A DNA stretch of 64,000 nucleotides from Candidatus Eiseniibacteriota bacterium (GTDB lineage: Bacteria > Eisenbacteria > RBG-16-71-46 > CAZAMP01), in NCBI GenBank assembly GCA_965224245.1, contig OZ245046.1, forward strand, positions 5,024,001 to 5,088,000, written 5' to 3'. Below the pieces are notes generated by a model that worked only from the letters and a program-made list of their open reading frames with translations, searched no databases and was not told the DNA's origin. This document shows positions 48,923 through 59,575 of the stretch, in pieces (the first letter of the stretch is position 1; every line of letters begins with the position of its first letter). The position numbers and the translations under genes are program-made.

Positions 48923-49446
48923 GGGAGACGACGCTCATGGTAGACGTGCACGCGGTGATCATCTCGCAGTTCCGGGCCGCGCTGGCCATGCTCGACGCCG
49001 CGATCGACGCCTGCCCGGACGGGGTCTGGGACGACGCGCGGTGCGAGAACCGGTTCTGGCACGTGGCCTACCACGCGCTCCACTACACACACCTGTACCT
49101 GAGCCCGTCCGAGGAGGCGTTCGTGCCGTGGGCGAAGGACCGCAAGGACGCGTGGTTTCTCGGTCCGTATCCGTGGCCGCCTCATGACGTGCCCGAGGTC
49201 GGAGATCCCTACACGAAGGCCGAGCTTCGTGAGCACGCGTCGCTGGTGACGTCGTGCGTGACCCCCGGCGTGACGTCGCCGGCGCTGGAGGCACCATCGG
49301 GGTTCTCGTGGATCCCGCTCACGCGCCTCGAGCTGCATCTCTACAACATCCGACACGCTCAGCATCACGCGGGTCAGCTGGTGGATCGCGTTCGGCGCGA
49401 CGGTGGCAAGGGCGTGGTCTGGGTCGGTCGCGGGGTGGACGCGTAG
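48919..49446 (+). CDS. DinB family protein
   Basis: FWHVAYHALHY; YNIRHAQHHAGQL. Confidence 0.85.
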   Translation: MRETTLMVDVHAVIISQFRAALAMLDAAIDACPDGVWDDARCENRFWHVAYHALHYTHLYLSPSEEAFVPWAKDRKDAWFLGPYPWPPHDVPEVGDPYTKAELREHASLVTSCVTPGVTSPALEAPSGFSWIPLTRLELHLYNIRHAQHHAGQLVDRVRRDGGKGVVWVGRGVDA

Positions 49447-49461
49447 AGGATCCGAGGCCTC

Positions 49462-50307
<846 letters not shown>

Positions 50308-50323
50308 CGCCGGGGGCCGGCCG

Positions 50324-50356
50324 GAGGTCGCGCTCTTGCTCTACGAGCGCGACCTC
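50324..50356. terminator. Perfect 12-bp inverted repeat between convergent genes
   Basis: GAGGTCGCGCTC-N9-GAGCGCGACCTC. Confidence 0.5.
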
Positions 50357-50552
50357 ACGCTCGATCCGACCCGCACGCATGCCCTCGAGAGGATCGAGAC
50401 GCGGCGCGCCGTGGGCGCGGGAGAAGGCGAGGCCGCGACCGGCGACGACTGACGGCATTCCGCCGGACCCGGCGCGCCCGCAGAGGTGACAAAGCGGCGC
50501 CCGGAGGCACTGTGACCTCCGGGTGCCTCGGGAGGGACGGGATCGTCTTCGA

Positions 50553-51224
50553 TCACGCGCTCGCGTGGACGCGGCCGTTGCCGTTGCCGTTCCCCACGCT
50601 CGCGGCCATGCGGGAGACGAGGGTGGTCATCAGTCCTTCCCAGTGTGCACGCAGGAGCGCCGCCGCCTTCGTCGTGTCTCCGGCACGGAGCGCCTTGGTC
50701 ACCGCGAGGTGCTCCCGCGACCAGTCGGCTCCGACCTCACCGCGGAGGTACTGGTAGGCGTACCGCCGGACGGTGTCCTGCAGGGGGTCGATCGTCGTGA
50801 GCAGGCGGCGATTCGGGCTGCCGGCCACGAGACGCTGGTGCCAGATCCGATCCAGCTCGACGACGTCCTCGATGCGCTCGGCGCCCGGTAGCTGTCTGGC
50901 CACCGCGTCGAGCTCGTCGAGCGTCGGTCCATCGAAGCGCAGGCCATCGATCGCCAGTGCCTCGAGCGTCCACAGCATCGGCAGGACGTCCTGGATCTCC
51001 CGGTCGCTGAATCGTTTCACCGTGAAGCCACGACCGGGGGCCGACGAGACGAATCCCTCCCACTCGAGCTCGTGCAGGGCCTCGCGAAGCGGAGTGCGGC
51101 TGACGCCGAGCTCGTCCGCGAGGGCGATCTCCTTCAGGCGCGTGCCCGGGGGAAGCTCTCCGTTCAGGAGGCGAGAGAGGACTTCGCGGCGGACGTCGTC
51201 GCGCAACGGGCGTCGAGTGATCAT
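50553..51224 (-). CDS. GntR (FCD) family transcriptional regulator
   Basis: LPPGTRL.E..LA.ELGVSRTPLREAL; WH; EH; AAGGAG RBS. Confidence 0.93.
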   Translation of the reverse strand: MITRRPLRDDVRREVLSRLLNGELPPGTRLKEIALADELGVSRTPLREALHELEWEGFVSSAPGRGFTVKRFSDREIQDVLPMLWTLEALAIDGLRFDGPTLDELDAVARQLPGAERIEDVVELDRIWHQRLVAGSPNRRLLTTIDPLQDTVRRYAYQYLRGEVGADWSREHLAVTKALRAGDTTKAAALLRAHWEGLMTTLVSRMAASVGNGNGNGRVHASA

Positions 51225-51524
51225 GTTCGGAGCTCCTTCGAGGCCTTGGGTCATGTCGTCCCCGGCGGCGTGTCGAATACGGTGTACGACGACAGGTGTC
51301 GTCCTGGTTTCCTTTTGTCGGGAAATACGTTACAGAGCCACTCGCCCCGGTGGGGGCATGGCACGGCCCAGGGGGTCGTGCCCCGGGGTTCGGACTCGCC
51401 GGCGGGGAGTTCAGGGCGATCGGTTATTAGTGGCCGGCGAGGCCCGAAAGGTTGCATCGATCCTCGGGGCCTGGCCCGGAAGGAGCGAGCGCCCGGGCAC
51501 ACCGCCCCGGCCCGCCACCCCGAG

Positions 51525-51552
51525 TTGACGCCGTCCCCCAGCACACTACACT
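51525..51552 (+). promoter_or_regulatory. Putative sigma70 promoter of the S9 peptidase
   Basis: TTGACG-N16-TACACT. Confidence 0.55.
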
Positions 51553-51600
51553 CGCCGGCTCGACCCGACCCGAACCTCACCGAACCCGAGGAGCGCGAAC

Positions 51601-53631
51601 GTGGCGACCAGAAAGACGCGCCGCGGGCGAAAACGCCCGATCACGAAGGAAGACCTCCTGACCCTCAACATGGTGCGACGCGGAACGGTAGCGCCGGACG
51701 GACGCCACTTCGTGTTCGCCGTGGAGACGGCCAGAAAGGACCGGAAGGGATACGACTCTCACCTGTATCGACTACGCCTCGAAGACGGTGAGGTGCGACA
51801 GCTCACGTTCGGCCGGCGGCGCGATTCGGGCCCCGTGTTCTCGCCGGACGGCCGGCGCGTGGCCTTCCTGGCCAAGCGCGGCCACTATCCGGGCATCCAC
51901 GTGATTCCGATCGACGGTGGAGAGGCCCGGTCGGTCGTCGAGAAGGACGGCAGCTTCGCCGCGCTCAGCTGGTCGCCGGACGGGCGCGCGCTCCTGTGCA
52001 CGTTCACCGAAGCCGATCCGAACCCGGCCGCGAAGGACGACGAGCCGTTCGATCCCGAGAAGGAGCCGCCCAAGCGCGAGGCGCCCACGTACCGGCACAT
52101 CACCCGCCTCTTCTACCGACTCGACGGCGCCGGCTTCCTGCCGTTGCACAAGCCCCAGGTGTGGACGTTCGACGTCGAGACCGGCACCGGCGCGGCCCTG
52201 ACGAGCATGAAAGAAGGCGCCAACGAGCCATCGTTCTCGCCGGACGGCAAGCGCATCGTCTTCACGTCCAACGTGCGCCGCGACCCCGACCAGGACATGG
52301 GCTTCGAGGACATCTTCGTTCTTCCCTCGTCGGGGGGGAAGCCGCGTCGGGTGCCGACGCCGGTCGGTCACACGTCGTCGCCGACGTTCTCGCCCGACGG
52401 GAAGACGATCGCGTACCTCGGACACGATGAAACCGAGAACCCGTGGTACGAGAACGATCGCGTGTGGACGGTACCGGCGAACGGGCGAGGCCCCGCCCGG
52501 TGCCTGTGCCGCCGGTTCGACCAGCCCGGCTACGACGCGACGATCTCCGACACCGGCGAGGGGTTCGCCGGACTCGCGCCCCGCTGGAGCCCCAGCGGCG
52601 CGTGGATCTACTTCGTGTCGTGCGGGTTCGGCGCCTCGGGTCTGTACAAGGTCCGCGCGCGGGGGGGTACTCCCGAGCGCGTCACCCCCGAGAAGGTACA
52701 TCTCCAGACCGTCGACCTGACGCGCGACTGCCGGGAGGCGGTGGGCGTGATGTCCGACGCGGTGACCCCGAGCGAGGTGTACTGGTTCGACCTGGAGACC
52801 GGAGAGTCCGAACGTCAGACCACGCTGACCAAGCCGTGGACCGACGAGATCGACATCCAGCGACCCCTCGAGGTGAAGGTCCGCTCGACCGAGGGCGCAC
52901 GCGTCCAGGCCTGGATCCTGCGCCCGCCGAAGTTCCGGCCGACCAAGCGCTATCCGGCGATCATCGAGGTGCACGGCGGTCCGATGACGCAGTACGGCTA
53001 CTCGTTCTTCCACGAGCTGCAGCTCCTGGCCGCTCAGGGCTACGTCGTCTACTACAGCAATCCCCGCGGCTCGCTGGGCTACGGGCGGGCGTGGGCCGAG
53101 GCGATCAAGGACGACTGGGGCAAGCGCGACTACGAGGACGTGATGGCCGGCGCCGACTACCTCGAGTCGCTTCGCTACGTGAACCCCAGACGGATCGGCA
53201 TCACCGGTGGGTCGTACGGCGGGTTCATGACGAACTGGGCGGTGGGACACACGCGCCGGTTCAAGGCTGCCGTCACCCAGCGCTCGGTGGTCGACATCAA
53301 GACGTTTCTGGGCTCGTCCGACGTGGGCTTCGCGTTCCATCACGAGTTCGGCGGTCAACCGTGGGAGGTGCCCGAAGCGTACGTGCGGATGTCGCCGTTG
53401 ACGTACGCGAAGAACATCCGGACGCCGCTGCTGATCATCCACTCGGAGAACGATCTCCGGTGTCACATCGAGCAGGCCGAGAACCTCTTCGCCACGCTGA
53501 AGCTGTTGAAGCGAAAGGTGGAGCTCGTGCGCTTCCCCGAGGAGTCGCACGGACTGTCGCGCGGCGGACGACCCGATCGCCGGCTCGCGCGACTCGAGAA
53601 GATCCTGGACTGGTTCGAGCGCTACCTCTAG
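51601..53631 (+). CDS. S9 family (acylaminoacyl/dipeptidyl) peptidase
   Basis: FSPDG repeats; HGGP; GGSYGG; D..C; ESHGL. Confidence 0.95.
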   Translation: MATRKTRRGRKRPITKEDLLTLNMVRRGTVAPDGRHFVFAVETARKDRKGYDSHLYRLRLEDGEVRQLTFGRRRDSGPVFSPDGRRVAFLAKRGHYPGIHVIPIDGGEARSVVEKDGSFAALSWSPDGRALLCTFTEADPNPAAKDDEPFDPEKEPPKREAPTYRHITRLFYRLDGAGFLPLHKPQVWTFDVETGTGAALTSMKEGANEPSFSPDGKRIVFTSNVRRDPDQDMGFEDIFVLPSSGGKPRRVPTPVGHTSSPTFSPDGKTIAYLGHDETENPWYENDRVWTVPANGRGPARCLCRRFDQPGYDATISDTGEGFAGLAPRWSPSGAWIYFVSCGFGASGLYKVRARGGTPERVTPEKVHLQTVDLTRDCREAVGVMSDAVTPSEVYWFDLETGESERQTTLTKPWTDEIDIQRPLEVKVRSTEGARVQAWILRPPKFRPTKRYPAIIEVHGGPMTQYGYSFFHELQLLAAQGYVVYYSNPRGSLGYGRAWAEAIKDDWGKRDYEDVMAGADYLESLRYVNPRRIGITGGSYGGFMTNWAVGHTRRFKAAVTQRSVVDIKTFLGSSDVGFAFHHEFGGQPWEVPEAYVRMSPLTYAKNIRTPLLIIHSENDLRCHIEQAENLFATLKLLKRKVELVRFPEESHGLSRGGRPDRRLARLEKILDWFERYL

Positions 53632-53647
53632 ACGGCTGACCGCGCGC

Positions 53648-54607
53648 ATGGCCTCTCACGACACGGATGCCGGCCTCAGGCGAGCCCTGTTCGCCGGCAT
53701 CTTCGCGAATCTCGGGGTGGCGATCGCGAAGTTCGTCGCATTCCTGATGACGCGGAGCGCCGCGATGCTCGCCGAGTCCTTGCACTCGGTGGCCGACAGC
53801 TCCAACCAGCTCCTGCTCCTGGTGGGGCTCCACCGGAGCCGCCGCCCCCCCGACGAGGCGCACCCGTTCGGCTTCGCGGCCGAACGCTACTTCTGGTCGT
53901 TCGTGGTGAGCATCAACATCTTCCTCCTGGGGGCGCTGTTCGCGATCTACGAGGGCGTGAGAAAGGTGCTCGATCCTCATCCGATTCACGATCCCGTCTG
54001 GAGCTACCTCGCGCTCGCGCTGGCCACGGTCTTCGAGGCGTACGCGCTGAGTGTCGCCTGGCGGGAGTTCCGGCACTTTCGTCGCGAGTCCGACGGGTCG
54101 CTGCTCGAGTCGCTTCGCGACGCGAAGGACCTGTCGCTGCCCACGGTCCTGTTCGAGGACACCGCCGCGATCCTGGGCCTCGCGATCGCGGCGACGGGCA
54201 TCACCTTGTCGCTCGTCACTCACGACGGGGTCTACGACGGCATCGCGTCGATCCTGATCGGCGTCATCCTGCTCGGGGTCGCGTGGTTCCTGGCCACCGA
54301 GAGTCACAGCCTGTTGATCGGAGAGTCCGCGTCGCGCGGGAAGCGCGCGACCATCCGGACCGCCGTCGAGGCCGATCCGGCCGTCCGGCGCCTCGTGGAG
54401 CTGAAGACGTTGCAGCACGGACCCGGACACATCCTGGTGGCGCTGACGCTGGAGTTCGCGGACGACCTCTCGACCGATGGGGTCGAGGACGCGATCGTGC
54501 GCATCGAGCGCGCCATTCGCGACGCCGAGCCCGCGGCGCGGCACATCTTCGTCGAGGCCGGCGCGTTTCGCGGATCCCGGCCCGATCAGCCGCCCGAGAC
54601 GGCCTGA
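53648..54607 (+). CDS. Cation diffusion facilitator transporter
   Basis: AESLHSVAD, HPFG, FEDTAA, ARHIFVE. Confidence 0.93.
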   Translation: MASHDTDAGLRRALFAGIFANLGVAIAKFVAFLMTRSAAMLAESLHSVADSSNQLLLLVGLHRSRRPPDEAHPFGFAAERYFWSFVVSINIFLLGALFAIYEGVRKVLDPHPIHDPVWSYLALALATVFEAYALSVAWREFRHFRRESDGSLLESLRDAKDLSLPTVLFEDTAAILGLAIAATGITLSLVTHDGVYDGIASILIGVILLGVAWFLATESHSLLIGESASRGKRATIRTAVEADPAVRRLVELKTLQHGPGHILVALTLEFADDLSTDGVEDAIVRIERAIRDAEPAARHIFVEAGAFRGSRPDQPPETA

Positions 54608-54861
54608 ACGATCGTGAGCACGTCGCCGTCGGAGGTGGTCACCTCCGACGGGTCGAGCCAGCGCGTGTTTGTGCCGTTGTGAAAGCAGAGCACGTGCTGG
54701 CGAAACCCGCCGCTCTCGTCGAAGAGGTGCCGCGCGAGCTCGGGGTGCGCCGCACGAATCGCGTCGAGCGCGCCGGCCACCGTGTCCCCTTCGATGGGGA
54801 CCGTGCGTGCACCCATCACGGATGCGAGAAGGCTCGGCAGCTCGACGGTGAGAGTGGCCAC
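54586..54861 (-). CDS. MoaD/ThiS ubiquitin-like protein
   Basis: 91 aa beta-grasp pattern; C-terminal AVSGG. Confidence 0.9.
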   Translation of the reverse strand: MATLTVELPSLLASVMGARTVPIEGDTVAGALDAIRAAHPELARHLFDESGGFRQHVLCFHNGTNTRWLDPSEVTTSDGDVLTIVQAVSGG

Positions 54862-54865
54862 GTCG

Positions 54866-55921
54866 TCACCGCTCGTAGGCGCGGACCGACAGGATCCGCG
54901 GCAGGTGCATCGGGAGCTGCCGCCACGTATCGCCGCCGTCGACGCTCACGTGCAGCGTCCCGGCCGTCGTGCCCGCATACACGCCGCAGGGATCCCGATG
55001 ATCCACGTCCATGGCGCCGCGGAGCACGGCGCCGTAGAAGTGCTCGGTCGGCAGGCCCTCGGCGAGCTCCTGCCAGGAGTCCCCGTCGTCGCGACTGCGA
55101 TACACGCGGAGCTTCCCGTCACGCGGCATGCGGTACTCGTCGCTCTCCAGCGAGATCGCGAACAGCGCTCCCGTCCGTCGATCGCGCGCGATCGGAAAGC
55201 CGAACCAGGATCCGAGGCCATTCTCGATGCGCTCCCACGACTCGGCGCCGTCGGTCGTGCGGTACATGCCGGTGTGGTCCTGTCGCCAGATGCGATCACC
55301 GTTCTCCGGGTCCATGGCCAGCCCGTGTACGCAGTATCCGATGTCCGGATGGACCTCGTCCTCGATGGCGACCCGGACCCCCGCGTTCTTCGGCGTCCAG
55401 CTCGCTCCGCCGTCTTCGCTCCGGAACACGCCTACCGCGGAGATTCCGCAGAACAGCCGTTCGGGACGCCGGGGATCCGCGAGCACCACGTGCGCACACA
55501 GGCCACCCGCGCCCGGGAACCAGCCGTCCCGTGTCGGATGCTCGTTGAGCCCGTCGATCGATGACCAGCTCTCGCCGCCGTCACGCGACACGAAGAGCCC
55601 GGCCTCGTCGACGCCGGCATAGATCGCGTCGCCGGCCGTCACGAGCGTCCAGATCTGTGTCAGGCGGCGATCGCCGCCATCGGGATACGCGGGGGCGGCC
55701 GGCAGCTGCGTCCAGTCGACGAGGTCGCGACTCGCCTGCACGCTCGCGCCGTAGACACGACTGGCGGTCCCGAGCAGCATCCGTCCGTCCGGCGCCTCGG
55801 TGGACGTGGTGACCGCCCAGCCCTTGAAGATCGGTCCCGCCACGTCCCAGGACGCGCGCGCGTCGTCGCCGCGCAGGATGAACCCGCCTTTGACCGTGCC
55901 CACGACGAGAACGACGCTCAT
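54866..55921 (-). CDS. BNR/Asp-box beta-propeller protein (cytoplasmic)
   Basis: VGTVKGGF; repeated SxDGGxSW/TW; GGLCAH; CVH; no signal peptide. Confidence 0.88.
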   Translation of the reverse strand: MSVVLVVGTVKGGFILRGDDARASWDVAGPIFKGWAVTTSTEAPDGRMLLGTASRVYGASVQASRDLVDWTQLPAAPAYPDGGDRRLTQIWTLVTAGDAIYAGVDEAGLFVSRDGGESWSSIDGLNEHPTRDGWFPGAGGLCAHVVLADPRRPERLFCGISAVGVFRSEDGGASWTPKNAGVRVAIEDEVHPDIGYCVHGLAMDPENGDRIWRQDHTGMYRTTDGAESWERIENGLGSWFGFPIARDRRTGALFAISLESDEYRMPRDGKLRVYRSRDDGDSWQELAEGLPTEHFYGAVLRGAMDVDHRDPCGVYAGTTAGTLHVSVDGGDTWRQLPMHLPRILSVRAYER

Positions 55922-56073
55922 GAGGAGGCTCCTTCGACGAACGGGGAACGCCGCGCAACCGCACACGCGTTCCGGACGTCTTGGTTTGATACAATGGGCG
56001 TCTCGGGACAGTAGCAGAGTCTACGAGCACACACGGACCGGGTTTCAGCAGCCGCGGGACGGCGAGGGCTTCC

Positions 56074-58245
56074 ATGACCCACGATCGAGATGCGAGGCCG
56101 GATGCGGAGACGATCGCGTGGCATCCGAGCCCCGGCTCGGTCGATCGGTCTCCCCCCGACGCGCCACTCGCCGGGGTCGTTCCCGCTCGTCTGGGCCGGT
56201 ACCGGCTCATGCGCCCGCTCGGGAGCGGTGGGTTCGGCCAGGTCCACCTGGCGCACGACGAGGTGCTCGATCGTCCGGTCGCGGTGAAGTTCCTGGCCAG
56301 CACCCGGCCAGTGGAGGTGGCGCGGCTGCGCCGAGAGGCCCGCGTCACGGCCCGCCTCTCGCATCCCAACATCGTCGCGATCTACGAGCTCGGCGAGCAC
56401 GACGACCGCCCGTTCATCGTCATGCAGTACGTGCCGGGATCGACGCTGGCGTCGGTGACCCTGGAGCGGGACGCGCTCGTCCGGATCCTGATCCAGGTCG
56501 GCGACGCGCTGCACGCAGCGCACGCGCGGGGCATCGTGCACCGGGACATCAAGCCGTCCAACATCCTCGTGGGCGAGGACGGCCGCGGCTACCTGACGGA
56601 CTTCGGCATCGCGGGCGCGCGCTTCGTGGACGGCGCGGCCGCGCCTCTCGAGATCGCGGGAACGCCGGCCACGATGTCGCCCGAGCAGGCCCGAGGTGAC
56701 CCGACGCGCATCGATGCCCGGAGCGACATCTACTCGTTCGGCGCCACGATGTATCGACTCCTGACCGGACGCGACGCCTATCGAGGACGCACCGCCGCCG
56801 AGGTCATCGAACGCGTGCTCTCGGCGACCATCGTGTTCCCCCGCGCGCTCGATCCATCCATCCCGCGCAGTCTGGAGGCGATCGTGCTCAAGTGCATGGA
56901 CCGTGATCCCGGCGCCCGATACGCCACCATGCACGACGTCGTCGACCAGCTCCGGCACGCCGCCGCCGGCGACCGGATCGACGGCGAGTCCGGCGCGTGG
57001 CTCCGCCGTCTCGTCGGTGCCGAGGTTGCCACCGCGCGACGGCGAGATCCGCCGCCGGAGAGCGAGGCGGCCGAGTTCGCCCGCGAGATCGCCGAATGGG
57101 ACACGCACCTCTACCGCGTGTCGAGCAACCTGCCGAGGCTCTTCCCGGCGCTCCACGAGATCGTCGCGCGACTGGATGCGATCCTGGAGATGCGTCCCGC
57201 CACCGCGTGGGCTCGCTTCTACCGGGGCATGGCCTACCAGCGGCTGGGACGTCTCGTGGAGGCGCTCGACGACATGGAGGTCGCGATCGATCGCGTCGCC
57301 GACCGGACGGGCGCGCTCTTCGAGCTCGGCCGACTGTACCTCGAGCAGTACCTGCGCGAACGCCGGGCGGCGCTCGCGCACGTGAGCCCGGTGGGCGCTC
57401 GCGCCGACCTCCAGGCGGCCCGCACGCGCCTCGACCACGCCGTGGCCGCGCTGCAGGAGGCCGAGGCCACCGGCGGCACGCTGCGCCGCTGGCAACACGA
57501 CTACGTGATCGCGGTCAGCGCACTGGCCGAGGACGACGTGGAGCGATGCGTGGCCACCTGCGACGCGATGCTCGCCGAGGACGCGGATCTGGAGGAGGTG
57601 TGGAAGCTCCGCGGCGACGCCCTCCGGGCGCGCGGACGCGATCCCATCGAGAGCTACGACCGGGCCGTCGACGTGCGCCGGAGCTACGTCGACGCGCTCG
57701 TCGCGAAGGCGGAGACCCTGCTCGAACGCGCGGCGTTCGACGCCGCTCGCGAGACCCTCGACCGCGTGCTCGAGCTCACGCCCGACTGTCCGGCCACCAC
57801 GATGATGATCTCCCGGAGCTATCTCACCGAGGCCCGGCACACCGAGGACACCGCCGCGGCGGCCGACCTCCTCGCTCGTGCGGCGGCCGTGCTCGCGCGT
57901 CTCGACCCCGAGCGGAGCCCTGACTACGACACGGCCGTGCTGGAGGCCGAGATCGGGATCGCCCTCGCCGAGGCGACCCGCACGATGGATCCCACGCGGA
58001 GCGCGCTCGCGGCGCTGGCCCGGGCGAGACGCCTGCGTGGGTGCCAGAACCGGGTGGACCTCCTCGAGGCGTCGACGTGGCTCGCGCAGGCGCGTCTCGA
58101 GCCGGACGAGGAGACGGCGTGCGCCTACCTCACGCAGGTCCGAGATCGGCGACACACCGTCAGCCCGGGCGCGATTCCCGACACGCCGTGGCAATCGGTG
58201 TTCGACGGCGCCGAGACCCTCGCGCGAGAGCGAGGCTGGACGTGA
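56074..58245 (+). CDS. Cytoplasmic Ser/Thr kinase with TPR repeats
   Basis: GSGGFG, AVK, HRDIKPSN, DFG, MSPEQ, DIYSFG; TPR-like C-terminal half; TGATACAAT at 55987-55995. Confidence 0.92.
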   Translation: MTHDRDARPDAETIAWHPSPGSVDRSPPDAPLAGVVPARLGRYRLMRPLGSGGFGQVHLAHDEVLDRPVAVKFLASTRPVEVARLRREARVTARLSHPNIVAIYELGEHDDRPFIVMQYVPGSTLASVTLERDALVRILIQVGDALHAAHARGIVHRDIKPSNILVGEDGRGYLTDFGIAGARFVDGAAAPLEIAGTPATMSPEQARGDPTRIDARSDIYSFGATMYRLLTGRDAYRGRTAAEVIERVLSATIVFPRALDPSIPRSLEAIVLKCMDRDPGARYATMHDVVDQLRHAAAGDRIDGESGAWLRRLVGAEVATARRRDPPPESEAAEFAREIAEWDTHLYRVSSNLPRLFPALHEIVARLDAILEMRPATAWARFYRGMAYQRLGRLVEALDDMEVAIDRVADRTGALFELGRLYLEQYLRERRAALAHVSPVGARADLQAARTRLDHAVAALQEAEATGGTLRRWQHDYVIAVSALAEDDVERCVATCDAMLAEDADLEEVWKLRGDALRARGRDPIESYDRAVDVRRSYVDALVAKAETLLERAAFDAARETLDRVLELTPDCPATTMMISRSYLTEARHTEDTAAAADLLARAAAVLARLDPERSPDYDTAVLEAEIGIALAEATRTMDPTRSALAALARARRLRGCQNRVDLLEASTWLAQARLEPDEETACAYLTQVRDRRHTVSPGAIPDTPWQSVFDGAETLARERGWT

Positions 58246-58952
58246 GCGCGGCGACCCTGCCCGCCGATCTCGCGGACTTCGTCACGACGCGACTCGAAAC
58301 CGCGGCCGACCCCGCGAAGGCGGGTCCGATGGCCGCCTACATGAAGACGTCGATGCCGTTCTTCGGGGTCCAGAAACCCGAGCGGGTGCGCATCGTGCGC
58401 GAGGCACTCCGGCGTTTCCGGCCGGCGTCGCGACGATCCTACGAGGCGTCGGTGCGCGCGCTCTGGTCGCGCCCGCATCGCGAGGAGAAGTACGCGGCCA
58501 TCGCGGTGGCGATCGGCGTCGACGAGCTCGTCGCTCCCGCGTCGCTGGGGCTGTACGAGCGCCTGATCCGCGCCGGTGCCTGGTGGGACTTCGTGGACGA
58601 CGTGGCCATTCGTCTCGTGGGGCGCGTGCTCCGCGAGCACCGAGAGAGCACGAAGCCGCTGATGGAGGCATGGATCGACGACGACGACATGTGGATTCGT
58701 CGATCCGCACTGATCTCCCAGATCACGCACGAGGACGACACCGACCACCGCACGCTGTTTCGCCACTGCCGTCGCCGCGCGTCCGAGACCGAGTTCTTCA
58801 TCCGCAAGGCGATCGGATGGGCGCTGCGCGACTACTCTTACGCGGCTCCCGACCGCGTGGCGGCGTTCCTGATCGCCAATCGGGAACGTCTGAGTGGACT
58901 GTCGTTTCGTGAGGGCGCCAAGGCGCTTCGAAGAGTGGGCCACGACCTCTAG
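58242..58952 (+). CDS. alkD: DNA alkylation repair protein (AlkD-like)
   Basis: AYMK..FFGV, REEKY, WWDFVD, WIRR, EFFIRKAIGWALR. Confidence 0.9.
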   Translation: MSAATLPADLADFVTTRLETAADPAKAGPMAAYMKTSMPFFGVQKPERVRIVREALRRFRPASRRSYEASVRALWSRPHREEKYAAIAVAIGVDELVAPASLGLYERLIRAGAWWDFVDDVAIRLVGRVLREHRESTKPLMEAWIDDDDMWIRRSALISQITHEDDTDHRTLFRHCRRRASETEFFIRKAIGWALRDYSYAAPDRVAAFLIANRERLSGLSFREGAKALRRVGHDL

Positions 58953-59047
58953 CGGCTCGCTGGCCGGTCTGACGGCTGGCGTGCGACATCGCGCGGCGTC
59001 ACACTCCTCCGACGCGACGATGGAGCTTCGACCGAGGGTGTGCTGAC

Positions 59048-59575
59048 ATGTCGAGTCAGGATACACAACCCCCGATGCTGGTTGAGCCCACGGCGCGGCT
59101 CGAGGCGGAGTTCGGGGCGATGGCGCGCGAGTACGTCGCCGCCGGCGAGCCGCGCGACACGACCCCGCTCGACGACTTCACCGCGTACGTCACGAGGCTT
59201 CACCGTTCGCACGCCGGCCACGCGCGTCCCGGGCGCGTTCCCCAGTCGACGTACTGGCTCGTCGGGGGTGATCGGATCCTCGGCGTGAGCCGACTGCGTC
59301 ACCGGCTCCTGCCCCACCTCGAGCTCGAGGGCGGGCACATCGGCTACGAGATCCGACCCACCGAGCGCCGCCGGGGTCTCGGTACGTGCATCCTCGCGTT
59401 GACGCTGGAGAAGGCCCGCGAGCGCGGACTCATGCGTGTCCTCATCACCTGCGACGACGACAACGTGGGCTCCTGGAGGATCATCGAGCACAACGGCGGG
59501 TCCACCTACACCGAGGCCACGTCCGAGCGCAGCGGCAAGCGGATCCGCCAGTACTGGATCGACCTGCCGCGCTAG
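59048..59575 (+). CDS. GNAT acetyltransferase
   Basis: GGHIGYEIRPTERRRGLG; CDDDN..S..IIE.NGG. Confidence 0.92.
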   Translation: MSSQDTQPPMLVEPTARLEAEFGAMAREYVAAGEPRDTTPLDDFTAYVTRLHRSHAGHARPGRVPQSTYWLVGGDRILGVSRLRHRLLPHLELEGGHIGYEIRPTERRRGLGTCILALTLEKARERGLMRVLITCDDDNVGSWRIIEHNGGSTYTEATSERSGKRIRQYWIDLPR

